From Scyliorhinus canicula (lineage: Eukaryota), in assembly GCF_902713615.1 (NCBI RefSeq), contig NW_024055490.1, positions 529,262 through 593,261 of the forward strand: a stretch of 64,000 nt of DNA, in the 5' to 3' direction. Made by a program: the position numbers and the translations under genes. Positions 61,322 through 64,000 of the stretch are shown one piece after another (the stretch's first letter is position 1; every line of letters begins with the position of its first letter). The notes under the pieces are model-generated. The model saw only the letters and a list, made by a program, of their open reading frames with translations, ran no database searches and was not told the origin of the DNA.

Positions 61322-61709
61322 TGTGAAGCAGGGCCTGGTCCCGGGACAGAGAGCTGACCGGCGGTGATGTGACCTGAGGATCACCACACCTCAGGCAAGG
61401 GGCCAGGTTGGGAAGGCGGTGCCTTCAGGAATAACTGGGAAGGTGATGTTTGGTCAGTTGCTGTAGTCTGTGTAGTGAAGGTGCTGTCACAGTGGTGTGA
61501 GGTAAGGAAGTACAGGATTATCACCCAGCAATGATGAATTAAGGGGAATGTAAATCCAGCTCAGGCTGCTTTCAGATTGGAAAGGGAGCTAAGGTGTGTC
61601 CTTAAAGCTGGTGAATGTTTTGGCTTTGTCAGTTTCTCTGTAAAGTCCTTCTCATTCATTCCCTCTCTTTACAGCACAGATAGAGGCCCTTTGGCCCATT
61701 CATAATAAT

Positions 61710-61985
61710 CTTTAATATTAGTGTCACAGGTAGGTTTACATTAACACTGCAATGAAGTTGCTGTGAAAATCCCCACTCGCCTGTTCAGGTACGCAGAGGA
61801 AGAATTCAAAATGTCCAATTCATCTAACAAGCTCATCTTTCCGGACTTGTTGGAGGAAATCGGAGCACCTGGAGGAAACCCACGCAGACACGGGGAGAAC
61901 GTGCAGACTCCGAAGCCGGGAATCGAACCCAAGTCCCTGATGCTGTGAAGCAACAGTGCTAACCACTATGCTACCGTGCCTCCCA
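61710..61985 (-). mobile_element. SINE, HE1-type head with alternative tail
   Basis: Same architecture as 19760-20030. Confidence 0.8.
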
Positions 61986-62514
61986 GAAGATTATTAGATT
62001 ACTAATTCTGGATGAATTGTGTCCCAGGATGCTGTGGGAGGTGAGGGAGAGATTGCAGTGGTCTTACCCAAAGTTTTAACCATAAATTCGGCCTGTGATC
62101 CGTAGAATTTAGAAGGTTTAGGTGTGATCTGATTGAAGTATTTAAGATATTAACAGGGAAAGACAGGGTAGATAAAGATAAACTATTTCCACTGGTTGGA
62201 GATTCCAAAAGTAGGGATCATTGTCTAAAAATTAGGGCTTGACCGTTCAGGAGAGATGTTCGGAAGAACTTCTTCACACACAGGGTGGGAGAGGTTTGAA
62301 ACTCTTTCCCACAAACAGCAGGTGAAGTTGCATCAGTTGTTAAGTTTAAATCTGAGGTAGAGTTTTGTTAAGCAAAGATATTAATGGATATGGAGTTAGA
62401 TCACAGATCAGCCATGATCTCACTAAATGGCAGGACAGACTCGAGGGGCTGAATGGCCTACTCCTGTCCCTATGTGTATTTCTGTAATTCTGAAATACAG
62501 ACAATAATATGACA

Positions 62515-62740
62515 GGGGCAGCACGGTGGCGCAGTGGGGTTAGCCTTGCAGCCTCATGGCGCCGAGGACCCAGGTTCGATCCCGGCTCAGGGTTACTGTC
62601 CGTGTGGAGTTTGCACATTCTCCCCATGTCTGCGTGGGTTTCGGCCCCACAACCCAAAAATGTGCAGGCTAGGTGGATTGGCCACACTAAATTGCCCCTT
62701 AATTGGAAAAAAATGAATTGGGTACACTAAATTTAAAAAA
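62515..62740 (+). mobile_element. HE1-like SINE
   Basis: GGGGCAGCACGGTGGCGCAGTGG head, GGTTCGATCCC B-box; same subfamily as 16006-16230. Confidence 0.9.
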
Positions 62741-62744
62741 GATA

Positions 62745-63590
62745 GTATACCATGACAGGGAAAGAGTTCGGATTAGAACCTGAGTTAGTCCGAGCTGCAA
62801 ACCATCCCTCCAGATCCTGGCCCTTCATGGATTTAATGAAGGCCAAGGCGATAGTTGGATTATTGAAAGACTTGACAGAGTTGTTGGATACCATTTTTTG
62901 GGTCTCAGGATAAAGCCTGACGTAATTCACTCCCCACAGCCTTGAGCTGCCTTTGAACTTCATCGAAGCCTCGACGCTTCGTTTGTGTTGCTGACGAAAG
63001 TCCTGAATCGTCCCTCTCTCCTGGAGCCAGATGCCACCTCACCGTACCCTCTCCAGGACATTCTGGCGATCTTTCCAGTTGTGGAAGTGAATGATTACAG
63101 GCCTGGGATGAAAACTATCCCTCAGCCTCAGAGACAGGATACGATACATCCTTTCCAATTTGAAACACCCAGGCTTCACATCCAGCTTGAGAAAACGTGG
63201 CTTCCGGTCCTCGAAGAACTAACGGGAGCCTTACCATCCACACCTTCTGACAGGCCGCCAACTCGGATGTTCTTTCTCCGACACTCGGTTCTCCAAATCC
63301 TCTAGGACCTCCGCCAGCCACTCGGCTGGTTCTCAAAGGATTGAATTCTTGCCTCCGTTGAGGAGGCATCTTGCTGAATGTTCAGGATTCTCTCCTCCGG
63401 ATCATCGAGCCTCTTCCTGGTGTTTTGCAGCTGGGCCTCATGAGCTCACAGATATTGAGTCAGCACACTCTGCCTCTGGTCAGTAACACGGATAATGTCG
63501 GCAGTCATCATTTTCGCCACCTCTTGAGAGAGCCTCACAGAGCGCGGGATTGTGAGACCTCCTGAGGGTCAGGCCGCATTGTTGAAAAGG
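62745..63590 (-). mobile_element. Degenerate L1-clade ORF1 fragment, second family
   Basis: Reverse translation gives FFENWL..., KLERMYRIL, RPVIIHFHNWKDRQNVLE, YVRLYPE, KSFNNPTIALAFIKS with frameshifts. Confidence 0.65.
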
Positions 63591-64000
63591 CGGCTTCATT
63601 ATGTTCTTATGTTCTTATGTTCATTCCCGCTGAATCCACCTGCGCTGTTTTATCAGCGCATTTCTTCACTTTTTACAGCATAATCCTTCCAGACCGAACC
63701 CTGAAGTCTTCCAGGGACATGATAACAAATATTAATTCAAGGATTAGGTAGATGAGTGCCAGGCAATCAGGATAATGCTGTACAATCAGGATTGTTCTGT
63801 GCTGTACTGTTCTATGTCTATGTCTATAAGTGACAGATCATAGGTCAGTGGCACGAGAACCTGCGGAAAACAAGCTAATCCCATTCTGGTGGGAGGGATT
63901 TCTTCACTCGAGGATGTGGTGAAGCTTTGGAATTCTCTACCTCCGAGGATTGTGCAGCTTCAGTCGTCAAGTATGTTCAAGACACAGATTGACAAGTTTC

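Overview
Cartilaginous-fish (shark, probably catshark-like; species is inference) genomic DNA containing one complete, unrearranged IgM heavy-chain cluster on the + strand: leader (34504/34516-34561), VH (34690-34994), D1, D2, JH (36208-36255), a ~14 kb J-C intron, Cmu1-Cmu4 with secretory tail (50223-54401) and TM1/TM2 (58119-58393). All reading frames, splice sites and recombination signal sequences (RSSs) read as intact: V-23 | 12-D1-22 | 12-D2-12 | 23-J. The rest is repeat-dense: tRNA-derived SINEs, CR1/L2-like, RTE and L1 fragments, Penelope-like elements, a ~5 kb tandem duplication, several minisatellites, a tRNA-Ser(GCT) copy and a C2H2 zinc-finger relic. The most notable observation is a switch-region-like arrangement just upstream of Cmu1: a sense L1 5' end, then a G-run 20-bp array, then a 29-bp array with ~40 AGCT AID-hotspot motifs that appears to derive from a SINE head. 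Also notable are a Penelope-borne minimal hammerhead ribozyme motif, a 77-bp-arm fold-back insertion with a 13-bp target-site duplication (TSD), and an 80-bp inverted repeat in the JH intron. All coordinates and counts were made by eye; repeat boundaries are approximate.
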